Positions 19,475-28,924 of a DNA stretch of 64,000 nt are shown here, in pieces. The notes under the pieces were generated by a model. That model was not told where the DNA came from. It did no database searches and saw nothing but the letters and a program-made list of their open reading frames with translations. Numbering within the stretch: the first letter of the stretch is position 1; the number at the start of each line of letters is the position of its first letter. Source of the DNA: Thermoplasmata archaeon (GTDB lineage: Archaea; Thermoplasmatota; Thermoplasmata; Thermoplasmatales; ARK-15); assembly GCA_038729465.1 (NCBI GenBank), contig JAVYRZ010000004.1:19860-83859 (forward strand), in the 5' to 3' direction. A program made the position numbers and the translations under genes.

Positions 19475-20518
19475 ATGTCTGGATTACGAAAAGAGATGGT
19501 TCTTAAAAAAGAATACAACAATAATATTGAAGAAATAAAACCAGAGCTATTCAAGATTCAGATTCCGTTACCAGATAGTCCTCTCAGATTCGTGAATTCT
19601 TATTTGATCAAGGGAGCTAAAAGATCATTGGTAATCGATACTGGCCTAAATCTAAAAGAATGTTATGAAGCAATGATTAAAGCCTTGGATGAGCTTGATG
19701 TAAAACTGGATAATACCGATTTTTTTATAACTCACATGCATTCAGATCATATTGGTTTAATCAGCAAATTGGCAGCAACAGCCACTGTGTATTTGAGTAA
19801 TGTTGAACATAAAATTGTGTTTGAATATGCAAACAGTTCTACATACTGGCTGGAAATCAATAAATACATGGATAAAAACGGTTTTCCTGAAAGTGAGCTA
19901 AATAGTGCATTTAAAATTCTAAATAACATGTTTGTTAAAACGTATCCGATAAGTGATGAATTTAAAAAAATAAACTTTAAAGCACTGAATGATAAAGATA
20001 TCCTAAACTATGGCACCTTTAGGTTAGAGGCAGTGCTTACCCCCGGCCATTCACCAGGGCATATGTGCCTGTATGAGCCAGACAAAAAAATGCTATTTTC
20101 AGGAGATCACCTTCTTTTTGATATAACTCCTAACATTACATGGTGGCCTTCTTTGGACAACTCGCTGAAAAATTATCTTGAAAGCCTGGATAAAATATAT
20201 GATCTGGATATAGAATTGGTTTTACCAGGACATGGAAAATTGGGATTTGATCACAGAAAAAGAATAAATGAAATTAAAAATCATCATAAAATCAGGCTTG
20301 ATGAAATACTGTTAGCTATAAAAGAAGGGAAAAAAACAGCATATGAAATTGCAGGATCTATATCATGGAACTTGAAGGCTGGAGGCTGGAAATCTTTTCC
20401 AGAAACACAGAAATATTTTGCAGTTGGAGAAACAATAGCGCACTTAATTTATCTAGAACGTGAGAAACTTATAAGATCAATGTTAACAGATCAAACAATT
20501 TATTATGAACGGGCTTGA
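19475..20518 (+). CDS. MBL-fold metallo-hydrolase
   Basis: The HxHxDH motif (THMHSDHIG), downstream TPGHSPGH and GDHLLF are typical of the metallo-beta-lactamase fold. Confidence 0.8.
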   Translation: MSGLRKEMVLKKEYNNNIEEIKPELFKIQIPLPDSPLRFVNSYLIKGAKRSLVIDTGLNLKECYEAMIKALDELDVKLDNTDFFITHMHSDHIGLISKLAATATVYLSNVEHKIVFEYANSSTYWLEINKYMDKNGFPESELNSAFKILNNMFVKTYPISDEFKKINFKALNDKDILNYGTFRLEAVLTPGHSPGHMCLYEPDKKMLFSGDHLLFDITPNITWWPSLDNSLKNYLESLDKIYDLDIELVLPGHGKLGFDHRKRINEIKNHHKIRLDEILLAIKEGKKTAYEIAGSISWNLKAGGWKSFPETQKYFAVGETIAHLIYLEREKLIRSMLTDQTIYYERA

Positions 20519-20605
20519 ATATATAACTTTGCAATTAAGATAAATATTTTTGATGAAAATCGGAAAATATTAAATATTCTAGGTACATTATAGACCTAGA
20601 GCTCT

Positions 20606-20679
20606 GGGGCTGTAGCTTAGCTAGGTAGAGCGACGGGCTCATAACCCGCTGGTCGTCGGTTCGAACCCGATCAGCCCCA
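20606..20679 (+). tRNA. tRNA with CAU anticodon (elongator Met or Ile2 requiring C34 modification)
   Basis: Hand-folded cloverleaf. Acceptor GGGGCTG/CAGCCCC, anticodon loop CTCATAA, T arm GTCGG-TTCGAAC-CCGAT, discriminator A. There is no encoded CCA and no intron. G1:C72 argues against an archaeal initiator. Confidence 0.85.
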
Positions 20680-20694
20680 CTGATCGTGATTTGA

Positions 20695-20702
20695 TTTTTT
20701 TT
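20695..20702 (+). terminator. oligo-T tract downstream of tRNA-CAU
   Basis: A T8 run lies 16 nt after the tRNA 3' end. Archaeal RNAP terminates at oligo-T stretches. Confidence 0.3.
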
Positions 20703-20864
20703 ATATCTTCTTGAAAATATTCTGAAAACTTTTTCTTACTACACCACCAGCATTTTAGTTTGCTATTTAAGTATATCTATAAGTAAACTAAATATTGACT
20801 TATCGTATTGTTAGTGTAGCAGAAGATAATGATTTACATTAGAGGCACAGGAAATCCAGTTAGA

Positions 20865-22625
20865 TCAGTTTTTTAAATATTTATCAAACCATGCAAGCTT
20901 TCTCTCCAATCTATCAACCATGTTTTTTGGAACTCCTGCTCTGGCATGCTCGTGGTTGTCTCCCATATATCTCACAAGTTCTGTATCAACATTGTTCAGT
21001 TTTAAAGCCACAAAAAACTGTTCTGCCTGCTCAATCGGGCATCTGTAATCTTCTTCACCTGTAATAAGCATAGTTGGAGTCTTTACATTTTTTATATACA
21101 TTATCGGCGAATATGCCATCAATTTTTCAACAGAACTCTTTTCGTATGGATCTTTTATTCCTAGCTCCATTGCATTGAACCAGAACCCTATGTCGCTTGT
21201 TCCAACCATGCTAAAAAGATTGGAAATAGAGCGTTCTGAAATAGCGCAGTCAAACTCATTATCATGCGTTACGATCCAGTTAGTCATGAACCCACCATAT
21301 GATCCACCTGTCACACCAATCTTTCCAGTTAATTTGTATTTTTCCTTTACTGTTTTCAGAAACTTTTGCAAGAACTTCAAATCATTTCCACCCCAGTCTC
21401 CAACACATGCTTTTTCATATTCTTGTCCATAACCTGTGCTTCCAGGCGGATTTGCAAATAATATGTTGTATCCGTTTTCATAAAAATACTGAAACTCTAT
21501 AAAATAAGTATGTCCATATGCACTATGCGGACCCCCATGTATAAAAAGGATGGATGGTGAATCAGGAGATCGTATTAGCGCAAATTCTTCTCCTTCATCA
21601 ACATTGATCGTATCGGGTACTGCTCCTTTAATATTTTCGTTTATATCATATTCTCTCACAAAGTTAACAATAGATGGTTTTTTATGCGTGGAATAGATAT
21701 ATGCTAGATTTTTGTTAACATCAAAATCAATGATGTTTTCATGATCTGGGGTCAGTTTTTCAATCTTTTCGCCTATGCGAAATACAAACGAAGACGATCT
21801 TTCATGCCCAATTGCATAAAGAGTATCTCCGTAAAATTTGACCTTGTATCTAGAACTTGAAAATGAATCACTGATTATTGAGTTATCAGCATCATTGCCC
21901 ACCATCAGTTCTGTTTTTTCTTCAGGAAATATTATCTTACTTACTTTCCACGGCTCAATGCCGTAATGTCCGGAAAAAGCAATTCTTCCATGCTCGGAAA
22001 CTGCAAATCCATTTATTGACGCAGGTTCTTCCGTTATCCTTTTTATTACGATTCCATCGTTGTCTATTTCGTATAAATCGCTAACATCGTAGTCATCCAT
22101 GTTTTCAGTTGTTTCGATGAGTATTCTATTATTGTTTGAGGCTATTGCATTTACATCAAAGCGGCCAGAATAAATTTTCTTAACCTCTTTTCCCACAGTG
22201 TAGAGAGCGTAATTTTTTCTTATGAGCCCGCGTGCATTGTACCTGTATTTTATCTTGTCTGCAGCGAATGGAAGGCTGTTATCTGAATCTTCCAGGCCAA
22301 TTACAAACATGTTCCCTTTGATCAACAAATAATCTTTTATCTTATGAAATGATACAATCTCTCTCGGCTCTTTCATTGCTGAAAGCTCCATTAGAGTATC
22401 TCTCTCTTTCTCATGTCTTATATAAAAAAGCCTGCCATCTATAAATTTCGCGTTCTTCTCATGTTCTCCATATGTTAGTTGCTGAGTATTTCCATAGCTG
22501 TCGATCTGATAAATAGATGAGTGATATTCATCGTTTTTTATAAAGTTCAGAGAGAATAGAGCAAAATCTCCTGCTGAAAAAATTTCATTTGCAAATTTTA
22601 CCAAATACGCATCTTTCGCTATCAT
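20865..22625 (-). CDS. S9 family serine peptidase (acylaminoacyl-peptidase / prolyl oligopeptidase-like)
   Basis: 586 aa with an N-terminal beta-propeller-like region. The C-terminal alpha/beta hydrolase carries the nucleophile elbow GGSYGGFMT and GEEDYRCP. Confidence 0.85.
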   Translation of the reverse strand: MIAKDAYLVKFANEIFSAGDFALFSLNFIKNDEYHSSIYQIDSYGNTQQLTYGEHEKNAKFIDGRLFYIRHEKERDTLMELSAMKEPREIVSFHKIKDYLLIKGNMFVIGLEDSDNSLPFAADKIKYRYNARGLIRKNYALYTVGKEVKKIYSGRFDVNAIASNNNRILIETTENMDDYDVSDLYEIDNDGIVIKRITEEPASINGFAVSEHGRIAFSGHYGIEPWKVSKIIFPEEKTELMVGNDADNSIISDSFSSSRYKVKFYGDTLYAIGHERSSSFVFRIGEKIEKLTPDHENIIDFDVNKNLAYIYSTHKKPSIVNFVREYDINENIKGAVPDTINVDEGEEFALIRSPDSPSILFIHGGPHSAYGHTYFIEFQYFYENGYNILFANPPGSTGYGQEYEKACVGDWGGNDLKFLQKFLKTVKEKYKLTGKIGVTGGSYGGFMTNWIVTHDNEFDCAISERSISNLFSMVGTSDIGFWFNAMELGIKDPYEKSSVEKLMAYSPIMYIKNVKTPTMLITGEEDYRCPIEQAEQFFVALKLNNVDTELVRYMGDNHEHARAGVPKNMVDRLERKLAWFDKYLKN

Positions 22626-22734
22626 ATTGATATTAATCTGTTCATTCTATTTAAAATTTTATTTTAAATCTTGGCAATGCACACTGTTTTAGAGACTGTT
22701 CTGAAAAATAACTTTACAAAAAATATATGCTCTA

Positions 22735-22819
22735 GTGCGGAGGGCCGGATTCGAACCGGCGGATCCCTACAGAAACAGATCTTGAGTCTGTCGCCTTTAA
22801 CCTGGCTCGGCAACCTCCG
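22735..22819 (-). tRNA. tRNA-Leu (CAA)
   Basis: The reverse complement folds with acceptor GCGGAGG/CCTCCGC, anticodon stem ACAGA/TCTGT with loop CTCAAGA, a long variable arm, T arm GCCGG-TTCGAAT-CCGGC and discriminator A. Confidence 0.9.
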
Positions 22820-22852
22820 CTCTTTAAAAACAGGTAAAATCAAGATAATATT

Positions 22853-23293
22853 TCAATCTTTTCTCTTTCTTTTTATGTTTTTCCTACTGGTAGAATCTTT
22901 AGAATTATCATACTCTGGTGTTAAATCCTTTAATTTAGTCTGATCAATATCTTCTTTTGAAGGTTCCTCGTTTAAATTTAAATTCTCTTCCAGATCTTCA
23001 AACTTTGAAGAAATGAGAGTGCCAAACTCATTTATTATTCTCTCTTTTTCTGCATTAATGTCTTTGTATATAGCATCTATCTTATCCTCGATCTGAGATG
23101 TAATTTCATAAGAATTAGTGTTTAATTTTGCTGATAAAACACTTAAGAAAGCAATGCTTCCCTCTAGGTTCTTTATAATGACCATTGCTTCAGCCTGATC
23201 TTTTTCTAGCTTTTCTATTCTCTTTAAAATAGAGTCAAGCTGTTGCCCGATCATCTCAAAGTTTGAGGTTATTACTTTCGATACCATCTGCAT
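22853..23293 (-). CDS. hypothetical coiled-coil protein with basic C-terminal tail
   Basis: 146 aa with heptad-like Leu/Ile/Glu/Lys-rich sequence, ending in RKNIKRKRKD. No family recognised. Confidence 0.45.
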   Translation of the reverse strand: MQMVSKVITSNFEMIGQQLDSILKRIEKLEKDQAEAMVIIKNLEGSIAFLSVLSAKLNTNSYEITSQIEDKIDAIYKDINAEKERIINEFGTLISSKFEDLEENLNLNEEPSKEDIDQTKLKDLTPEYDNSKDSTSRKNIKRKRKD

Positions 23294-23329
23294 TACTCCT
23301 TTATTGTCTACTATATATTTTTCCTATAC

Positions 23330-24586
23330 TTAAATATTATCGTGATCCTCGTAATAGTATTTGCCAGAGCCTGCACTAGCTTCCAGCTCAAAGTTCTCAA
23401 TCTTGAATTCTCCTCTTACTATGACCGTGTGCGGAAAAATGGCAGACAGTTTTTCATAAGGGCTCCATCCGCATTTATAATGCAGTTTTCTAGCATCTAT
23501 TTTCTTCGTGTCAGAGATCTTGAACGCAATTAAATCTGCATCAAATCCTGGCTCAATGCTACCTTTTTTAATATTTAACAATTTTGCAGGAGCTCTTGAA
23601 AGCACATCAATTAAGCGTTCTATCGTGATCTCTCCTCTCCTGTAACGCTCTAAAAACAATGGCAGAGTGGTCTCTACGTTCGGAACTCCCGACGGTGCAT
23701 ATTCAAATTCTTTTTCTTTTTCCTCGATAGTATGCGGAGCATGATCTGATGCTACAAAGTCAATGCTGCCTGCTATAAGCATATTCCATAGCTGGCCAGC
23801 AGTATGTTTTGATCTTACTGGCGGATTTGTTTTTGCATATGCATTTAGATCTGAAGAATAGTCCAAAAACAGATGATGGGGTGTGACGTCAGTGCTGTAA
23901 TCTGCACTGATCGCATAAGGTATGGTGTCAGGACTGCTTACATGTGTGATATGCATGTTTTTCAAGTTTCTTGAGATCAGTAAGCGAACAGCATTGATCT
24001 CGCTGATTTCCGATCTGATCATGCTATGCTCTTTCAGATTTTTTGCAGTGCCTTGCAAAAACTCTGATTTTAGCTCAGAATGCACAAATATGATCTTTTC
24101 AGCAGCTATTTTTGAGGCGTTATCTAACAACAGATCCAAATTTTCGGGGTTTATTCCTGTAGTTTCAGACATATACAGCTTGAATGCAGGAACATCTTTA
24201 ACAAAATATTCATTATACTTTTCAGACACTGCTGCGAACAATCCAAAATCTATGTATGACTTTGCAGACGCTAACCGTTTTTTCTCTTCGAAAGATTCTT
24301 TGTTGTCAGTAACAGGTTTAGTGTTTGGCATATCCATTACAAAACTCACGCCGCCAAACAACGCACTTAGAGAGCCAGTCTCAAAGTCCTCTTTATATGT
24401 ATAGCCAGGCTCTCTAAAATGAACATGCAGGTCCAGCATTGAGGGAATGATCAATCCTTCAATCTTTATCGTTTTTGAACCTGTTATATTTTTTTTGATC
24501 TCTTTTATCTTTCCATCTTCAATGCCTATGTTAACATCAATTATGTTTCCATCTTTCGAGATCTTTCCGTCCAGTATATAATCCAT
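23330..24586 (-). CDS. pyrC: dihydroorotase (amidohydrolase superfamily)
   Basis: The metal-binding DLHVHFREPG motif, FVMDMPNTKP and ASDHAPH are typical of archaeal and bacterial type I dihydroorotases. Confidence 0.8.
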   Translation of the reverse strand: MDYILDGKISKDGNIIDVNIGIEDGKIKEIKKNITGSKTIKIEGLIIPSMLDLHVHFREPGYTYKEDFETGSLSALFGGVSFVMDMPNTKPVTDNKESFEEKKRLASAKSYIDFGLFAAVSEKYNEYFVKDVPAFKLYMSETTGINPENLDLLLDNASKIAAEKIIFVHSELKSEFLQGTAKNLKEHSMIRSEISEINAVRLLISRNLKNMHITHVSSPDTIPYAISADYSTDVTPHHLFLDYSSDLNAYAKTNPPVRSKHTAGQLWNMLIAGSIDFVASDHAPHTIEEKEKEFEYAPSGVPNVETTLPLFLERYRRGEITIERLIDVLSRAPAKLLNIKKGSIEPGFDADLIAFKISDTKKIDARKLHYKCGWSPYEKLSAIFPHTVIVRGEFKIENFELEASAGSGKYYYEDHDNI

Positions 24587-24588
24587 GA

Positions 24589-25200
24589 TCAGATCCTCTT
24601 TTTTACAATGGTTCCTTTCGGTTCTGTTTCTTCAAATATAGTCCCTGAAAACTTATAAAATCTGACATTTTTGTTTTTCCAGCAACTTGGGCTTAACCCT
24701 GCTTTAAGACATGTTTCAATAAGATATGTCTTTATATCCCAAGAGTTCTCAACAGGCACCTGTGGCAACAATAAGCCACGCATTCCACCCAATTCTGCAA
24801 TAAGGCCGTCTTGCCCTATTTTTATGATGTTAAAATAGTCTTCAGGATCATTGATACTAATCAATGACGGAGGCGTCAGCAACGACACCTCAAAAACTAG
24901 ATGATCAAGCTCATCATACTCCACAGGCATGAACCTGGGATCTTCGGTGGCTGCGTAAATGGCAGACTTTACTAATGCCTCTATTAACGGATAAATAGGC
25001 TCTGGAAAGCCAATGCATCCCCTCAGCTCTTTTGACGGATAGCTGGAGATCGTGGTAAACACGCCAGTTTTCATTTTAAACTTGTCTGGAACATTCTCTG
25101 GAACTTTCACCCTATGTTCTTTCAAATACTCTGTTACCGCATCTCGTGATATCTGAACTGCTAATATTCCCTCTTTATTTTCAAACTCCATGCTTATCAC
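24589..25200 (-). CDS. AMMECR1 domain protein
   Basis: LRGCIGF, DPRF and the LLPQV blocks are characteristic of AMMECR1. Length is 203 aa. Confidence 0.8.
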   Translation of the reverse strand: MISMEFENKEGILAVQISRDAVTEYLKEHRVKVPENVPDKFKMKTGVFTTISSYPSKELRGCIGFPEPIYPLIEALVKSAIYAATEDPRFMPVEYDELDHLVFEVSLLTPPSLISINDPEDYFNIIKIGQDGLIAELGGMRGLLLPQVPVENSWDIKTYLIETCLKAGLSPSCWKNKNVRFYKFSGTIFEETEPKGTIVKKRI

Positions 25201-25810
25201 CCCATATCAATTTATGAAGCTGTGGCAATACTCTTACATTCAACCGGTCTTTTAATACTTTTTCCACGAGCTCTTTATAGTTTTTGTTACCCTCTGGCTG
25301 CAAGATCACTTCACTTTCTATCTCATGCTCTTTTAAAAACTGTTTCATGTATTTATAATCTTCTTCATCCGCAATCACAAATTTGATGCTGTCTTTCTTT
25401 CCCAAAATTTCAAGATTTGAATCTAAAAGCTTGTCCTGCATCTTTGAAGAGGGCGTCTTAATATCCATATTTATAAATATTGTATCTTCACAAGGAATGT
25501 CTATTAATGATATTGATCCGTTTGTCTGGATAAGTATATTATACTCTTCTTTTAAAAGCTGGTATATCAATGTATACACATCTTCTTGCAATAAAGGCTC
25601 TCCACCTGTTATGCAGACCCATCGAACCTTGTGCTTTTTTATCTCTTTCATCACTTCTTCCACACTCATTTGCGAACCTTCAAAAAATGCATACTTTGTA
25701 TCGCACCACTCACATCTTAAATTGCAGCCTGTAAAACGTACAAAAACCATCGGTATCCCGATGTGTACACCTTCTCCTTGTATTGAATAAAATATCTCAT
25801 TGATCTTCAT
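25181..25810 (-). CDS. queE: 7-carboxy-7-deazaguanine synthase (radical SAM)
   Basis: EIFYSIQGEGVHIGIPMVFVRFTGCNLRCEWCDTKY is the QueE N-terminal signature with CxxxCxxC. Length is 209 aa. Confidence 0.8.
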   Translation of the reverse strand: MKINEIFYSIQGEGVHIGIPMVFVRFTGCNLRCEWCDTKYAFFEGSQMSVEEVMKEIKKHKVRWVCITGGEPLLQEDVYTLIYQLLKEEYNILIQTNGSISLIDIPCEDTIFINMDIKTPSSKMQDKLLDSNLEILGKKDSIKFVIADEEDYKYMKQFLKEHEIESEVILQPEGNKNYKELVEKVLKDRLNVRVLPQLHKLIWGDKHGV

Positions 25811-25821
25811 TTTTCATCCTT

Positions 25822-26361
25822 CTAAACCCATATAGCATGCCTGGACCTCATGCTCTTTTCTGTTTCATTCATTACAGACATAAGCTGAGCAACCAAACTG
25901 TCAAAAAATAGCAACGTGTTCAATTCAAATAGTGTACCTAAAGGTGCCAGCTCTGGATTATCTTTTTTTACTTTTAATATAAATGATAGATTTGCATATT
26001 TTAATAGCGGCGCATTGTCGTTGCCTGTTATCACTATGATCTTGGATTTTACTTTTTTGCATACCTGTGCAACCAGCAACGTGGACTTGGTAGTTCCCTG
26101 ATTTGAAATCAGTATGGTCAAATCCCGGTCTGATACTATCGGAGTAATAGTTTCTCCGATAAAATATGCTGTAATGCCCAGTTGTACTAGCCTCATAGCA
26201 AAAGCTTTGCTGATTATGCCTGACCTGCCAGCACCGTACACAAACACATGGTTTGTCTCCAAAATCATATTTACAGTTGAATCTATCTTTTCTTTTTCAA
26301 TATGATCCATCGTTTCTCGTAAATGATCTAATATATAATTTTCAGCAGTGTTAAATATCAT
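25822..26361 (-). CDS. SIS-domain sugar-phosphate isomerase (6-phospho-3-hexuloisomerase-like)
   Basis: 179 aa. It has the SIS fold motif VFVYGAGRSGIISKAFAMRL and ISNQGTTKST. Confidence 0.6.
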   Translation of the reverse strand: MIFNTAENYILDHLRETMDHIEKEKIDSTVNMILETNHVFVYGAGRSGIISKAFAMRLVQLGITAYFIGETITPIVSDRDLTILISNQGTTKSTLLVAQVCKKVKSKIIVITGNDNAPLLKYANLSFILKVKKDNPELAPLGTLFELNTLLFFDSLVAQLMSVMNETEKSMRSRHAIWV

Positions 26362-27386
26362 TTTTTCACCTTTTTCTGCAATAAATCGCCCAGCTTACGT
26401 TCGTATATTATTCTCATATACTGGGCGTCATGCTCTATCAATGGTGAATTCGAGATTATCGTAATCTCTCTGTCCTCATTCACTAACAGATCTGCAAGAG
26501 CCTCGAATTTCAAGTCTCCTTTTTTGACCGGCGAAATTCGGATATCGTTATTTGCCGTAAACTCAATGCCTGCAAATTGAAAATAAAGCTCATTTTTATA
26601 GTATGGTTTTACCATGTCCAATATTGTTTCAAATTCTTCCTTTTCTTTTAATGTGTAGTCTTGCCTTGCAAATAGCTTTGCAAAATTTATAATGGGCAAC
26701 ACGCCGCTGTTATTACTGCTAAGCGTAACAAGCTCATCCAGTGCTCCAAATACCTCTTTCTTTTCTGAAGTCTCGAATCCCAGCTTTAAATTAATCTTTT
26801 CTTTTTTTAATCTCTTTCGTATTTGCTTTATATTCATATCAACAATTTTTAAAGCGTCAGCGCTCTTTAGCTTTTCATATAATCCTATATTGCTGATCAC
26901 CATCTCAGCGCCTAGCTCATCACCCAGATATGAAGACCATAGTATGTAATTAATAGATCTCTCTATCAGGTTTGGATTGTTTATAAGATCCATATAATAG
27001 GGAGTATGAATGTTAATTTTTATATCCAGCTCTTTTGCCAGGGTCTTTAAATCTCTGAGCTCTTCATAACTTCTTGCCAGGTTCCACTGCAGAATCTGCA
27101 AGATGTCATTTTCCTCAATCTTTGAGTTTATGCCTATTGGCACAAAATTCCCGTTTTTATCAGCTCTGCTGATATTTACTATAATTCTGCTCTCTTCCCT
27201 CTTATCTGGAACTACTTCTCTCGGATACAATCCCGCCTCTTCAAATGCTTCTTTTTCGAAAATATTAACTTTCAAAAACTGTACTTCTAAAGCACTTAAT
27301 CCCATTAAATAAGCGTCTTCAATGCCATCTCTCAAAGTTCTGCCTTTTGAAGATAGGGGAATTCCAGCTATGCCAAAACGAATCAT
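26358..27386 (-). CDS. xylose-isomerase-like TIM-barrel protein (AP-endonuclease 2 / sugar-phosphate isomerase superfamily)
   Basis: The N-terminal RFGIAGIP...GLSALEVQF pattern resembles this superfamily. Assignment is by eye only. It overlaps the SIS gene by 4 nt. Confidence 0.4.
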   Translation of the reverse strand: MIRFGIAGIPLSSKGRTLRDGIEDAYLMGLSALEVQFLKVNIFEKEAFEEAGLYPREVVPDKREESRIIVNISRADKNGNFVPIGINSKIEENDILQILQWNLARSYEELRDLKTLAKELDIKINIHTPYYMDLINNPNLIERSINYILWSSYLGDELGAEMVISNIGLYEKLKSADALKIVDMNIKQIRKRLKKEKINLKLGFETSEKKEVFGALDELVTLSSNNSGVLPIINFAKLFARQDYTLKEKEEFETILDMVKPYYKNELYFQFAGIEFTANNDIRISPVKKGDLKFEALADLLVNEDREITIISNSPLIEHDAQYMRIIYERKLGDLLQKKVKK

Positions 27387-27429
27387 TTATTATTTTCACC
27401 TTTGAAGATACTATATATCTTTGCTTATT

Positions 27430-28503
27430 TTATAATTTTTCGGTTTTTATGTTAATTTTCTCTACTTCTAACTGATCCCATGTTGGATATACTTCTGTTA
27501 TATAACACTGTTCATCTAGATATTTTGCAATCTTTTCAAGTATCCATGGTGCTATGTATATTTTATCAGACCTGATCTCAATTAATGTTTTAGGTACATC
27601 GTATCTTTTTATCAAACGTAATGCTAATTTTTCAGGGTTATCTGTATAGATCTCGCCTCTAAGCAATGTGCTATCACTCGTTATTACCTCATATTCTTTT
27701 GCCACGTTCTTTGCCCTTCTTTTTAGCCGGTTCTTCATCTGTATCCCATCTTTAAATGCCGCAGAACAGTAATGAACGATCATGTCAGTATCCGATTCTT
27801 TCAACACCTTTAAAGCCGTAGTTTCACTGTCTTTCACTGCGGTGGAAATATAAGATTTAGTCTCAAAATTTAAAAGTTTCATGCTCTGCCAGTTTGTGTC
27901 TGAAAACTCAAGCTCGTTCAGATTTATAAATTTTACATTTAATGACTCTGCAACCTTGATAAGTGTTAATAATTCTTTTTCTTTATGCGGTATAACTGGC
28001 ACTTCGATGCCAACATTAAGCTCTGCGTTTACGGCGTTCATGAGAATGTTTGCATAACCAGAGCCTTTTAATCGAGTCCAGTAAATCTCAGGAACATGAA
28101 TTCTTAGATCGTCTAGACCTGCTTCTTTCAATTTTTTAAAAGCGTCTTTGCTGCCAGTCACAGTGTATAGATGAATATGATGCTTTTCTCCAAATTCATC
28201 TTTTAATAAATTGATATATCTCAACGTTCTATCAAGCTTTATTAAGGGATCGCCGCCGGTTATGCCAGTTCCTAAAGCGCTGATCATCTTTGCTTCATAT
28301 ATTACATCTTTATCCTCTTTTACGGGCATCTCATCTGCATAAATCACGTCGAGATTCTTTTTTTGATCACTTAGCGGGCAGTAATAACAGTGATGACTAC
28401 ATAATCCAGTTACAAACAAAACCATCTTACCACCTAAAGCACATAAACTACATCCTTCAGGCAAGGGCTTCGTGGTAGCAGATCCTTTTTGTAATTTTAT
28501 CAT
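27430..28503 (-). CDS. radical SAM protein (PflA-related, function unknown)
   Basis: The CSHHCYYCP (CxxxCxxC) cluster lies near the N-terminus, GGDPL follows, and the length is 357 aa. Confidence 0.75.
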   Translation of the reverse strand: MIKLQKGSATTKPLPEGCSLCALGGKMVLFVTGLCSHHCYYCPLSDQKKNLDVIYADEMPVKEDKDVIYEAKMISALGTGITGGDPLIKLDRTLRYINLLKDEFGEKHHIHLYTVTGSKDAFKKLKEAGLDDLRIHVPEIYWTRLKGSGYANILMNAVNAELNVGIEVPVIPHKEKELLTLIKVAESLNVKFINLNELEFSDTNWQSMKLLNFETKSYISTAVKDSETTALKVLKESDTDMIVHYCSAAFKDGIQMKNRLKRRAKNVAKEYEVITSDSTLLRGEIYTDNPEKLALRLIKRYDVPKTLIEIRSDKIYIAPWILEKIAKYLDEQCYITEVYPTWDQLEVEKINIKTEKL

Positions 28504-28549
28504 TTTTCAGATATTAAAATATATAACGATATTTAAAAGTATCTGAGCA

Positions 28550-28918
28550 TTGATCTTAAAAATATTGAATTTTGAAACATCTACTATGAAAAAAATAACC
28601 GAAAAGTTTAAAACAAATATGAATTTAAGGAGTGTGATGGTTAATACAGATTATAAGAAAAGAAATGTATCTAAAAAAAACAGGAAATTGGACATGCACA
28701 AAACTCCTGAATTTACATATTTGACTAATAAAGTACTAGAATCATTGCCCGAAAACGTGAGAGGCTCTATATCTGGATCTATATATGCAAAAGCCTCAAG
28801 ACTGGGAATAAATGACGCAAAAGAGTTCATACTGAAAAAAAAGCAGGAAGGCATATTGACAGATGTCATGGCCGAAAGCTTGATAAACCTGTTGTTTAGA
28901 TACAGCAAATATAGATGA
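28550..28918 (+). CDS. hypothetical small basic protein
   Basis: 122-aa ORF whose true start is probably an internal Met. It has a Lys/Arg-rich N-terminus and a predicted helical C-terminus. It sits 6 nt upstream of the next ORF, so the two are probably co-transcribed. No family recognised. Confidence 0.4.
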   Translation: MILKILNFETSTMKKITEKFKTNMNLRSVMVNTDYKKRNVSKKNRKLDMHKTPEFTYLTNKVLESLPENVRGSISGSIYAKASRLGINDAKEFILKKKQEGILTDVMAESLINLLFRYSKYR

Positions 28919-28924
28919 GGAAAA

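Noticed and set aside
22671-22943. A 90-aa plus-strand ORF.
   Set aside because: It runs straight through the minus-strand tRNA-Leu(CAA) at 22735-22819 and into the 3' end of the coiled-coil gene. It is explained by the tRNA, not by coding.
23922-25790. Long antisense ORFs (160 aa at 23922-24404 and 135 aa at 25383-25790) inside pyrC and queE.
   Set aside because: Both host genes have clear catalytic motifs on the minus strand. The antisense products are Ser/Phe/Ile-rich with no recognisable features.
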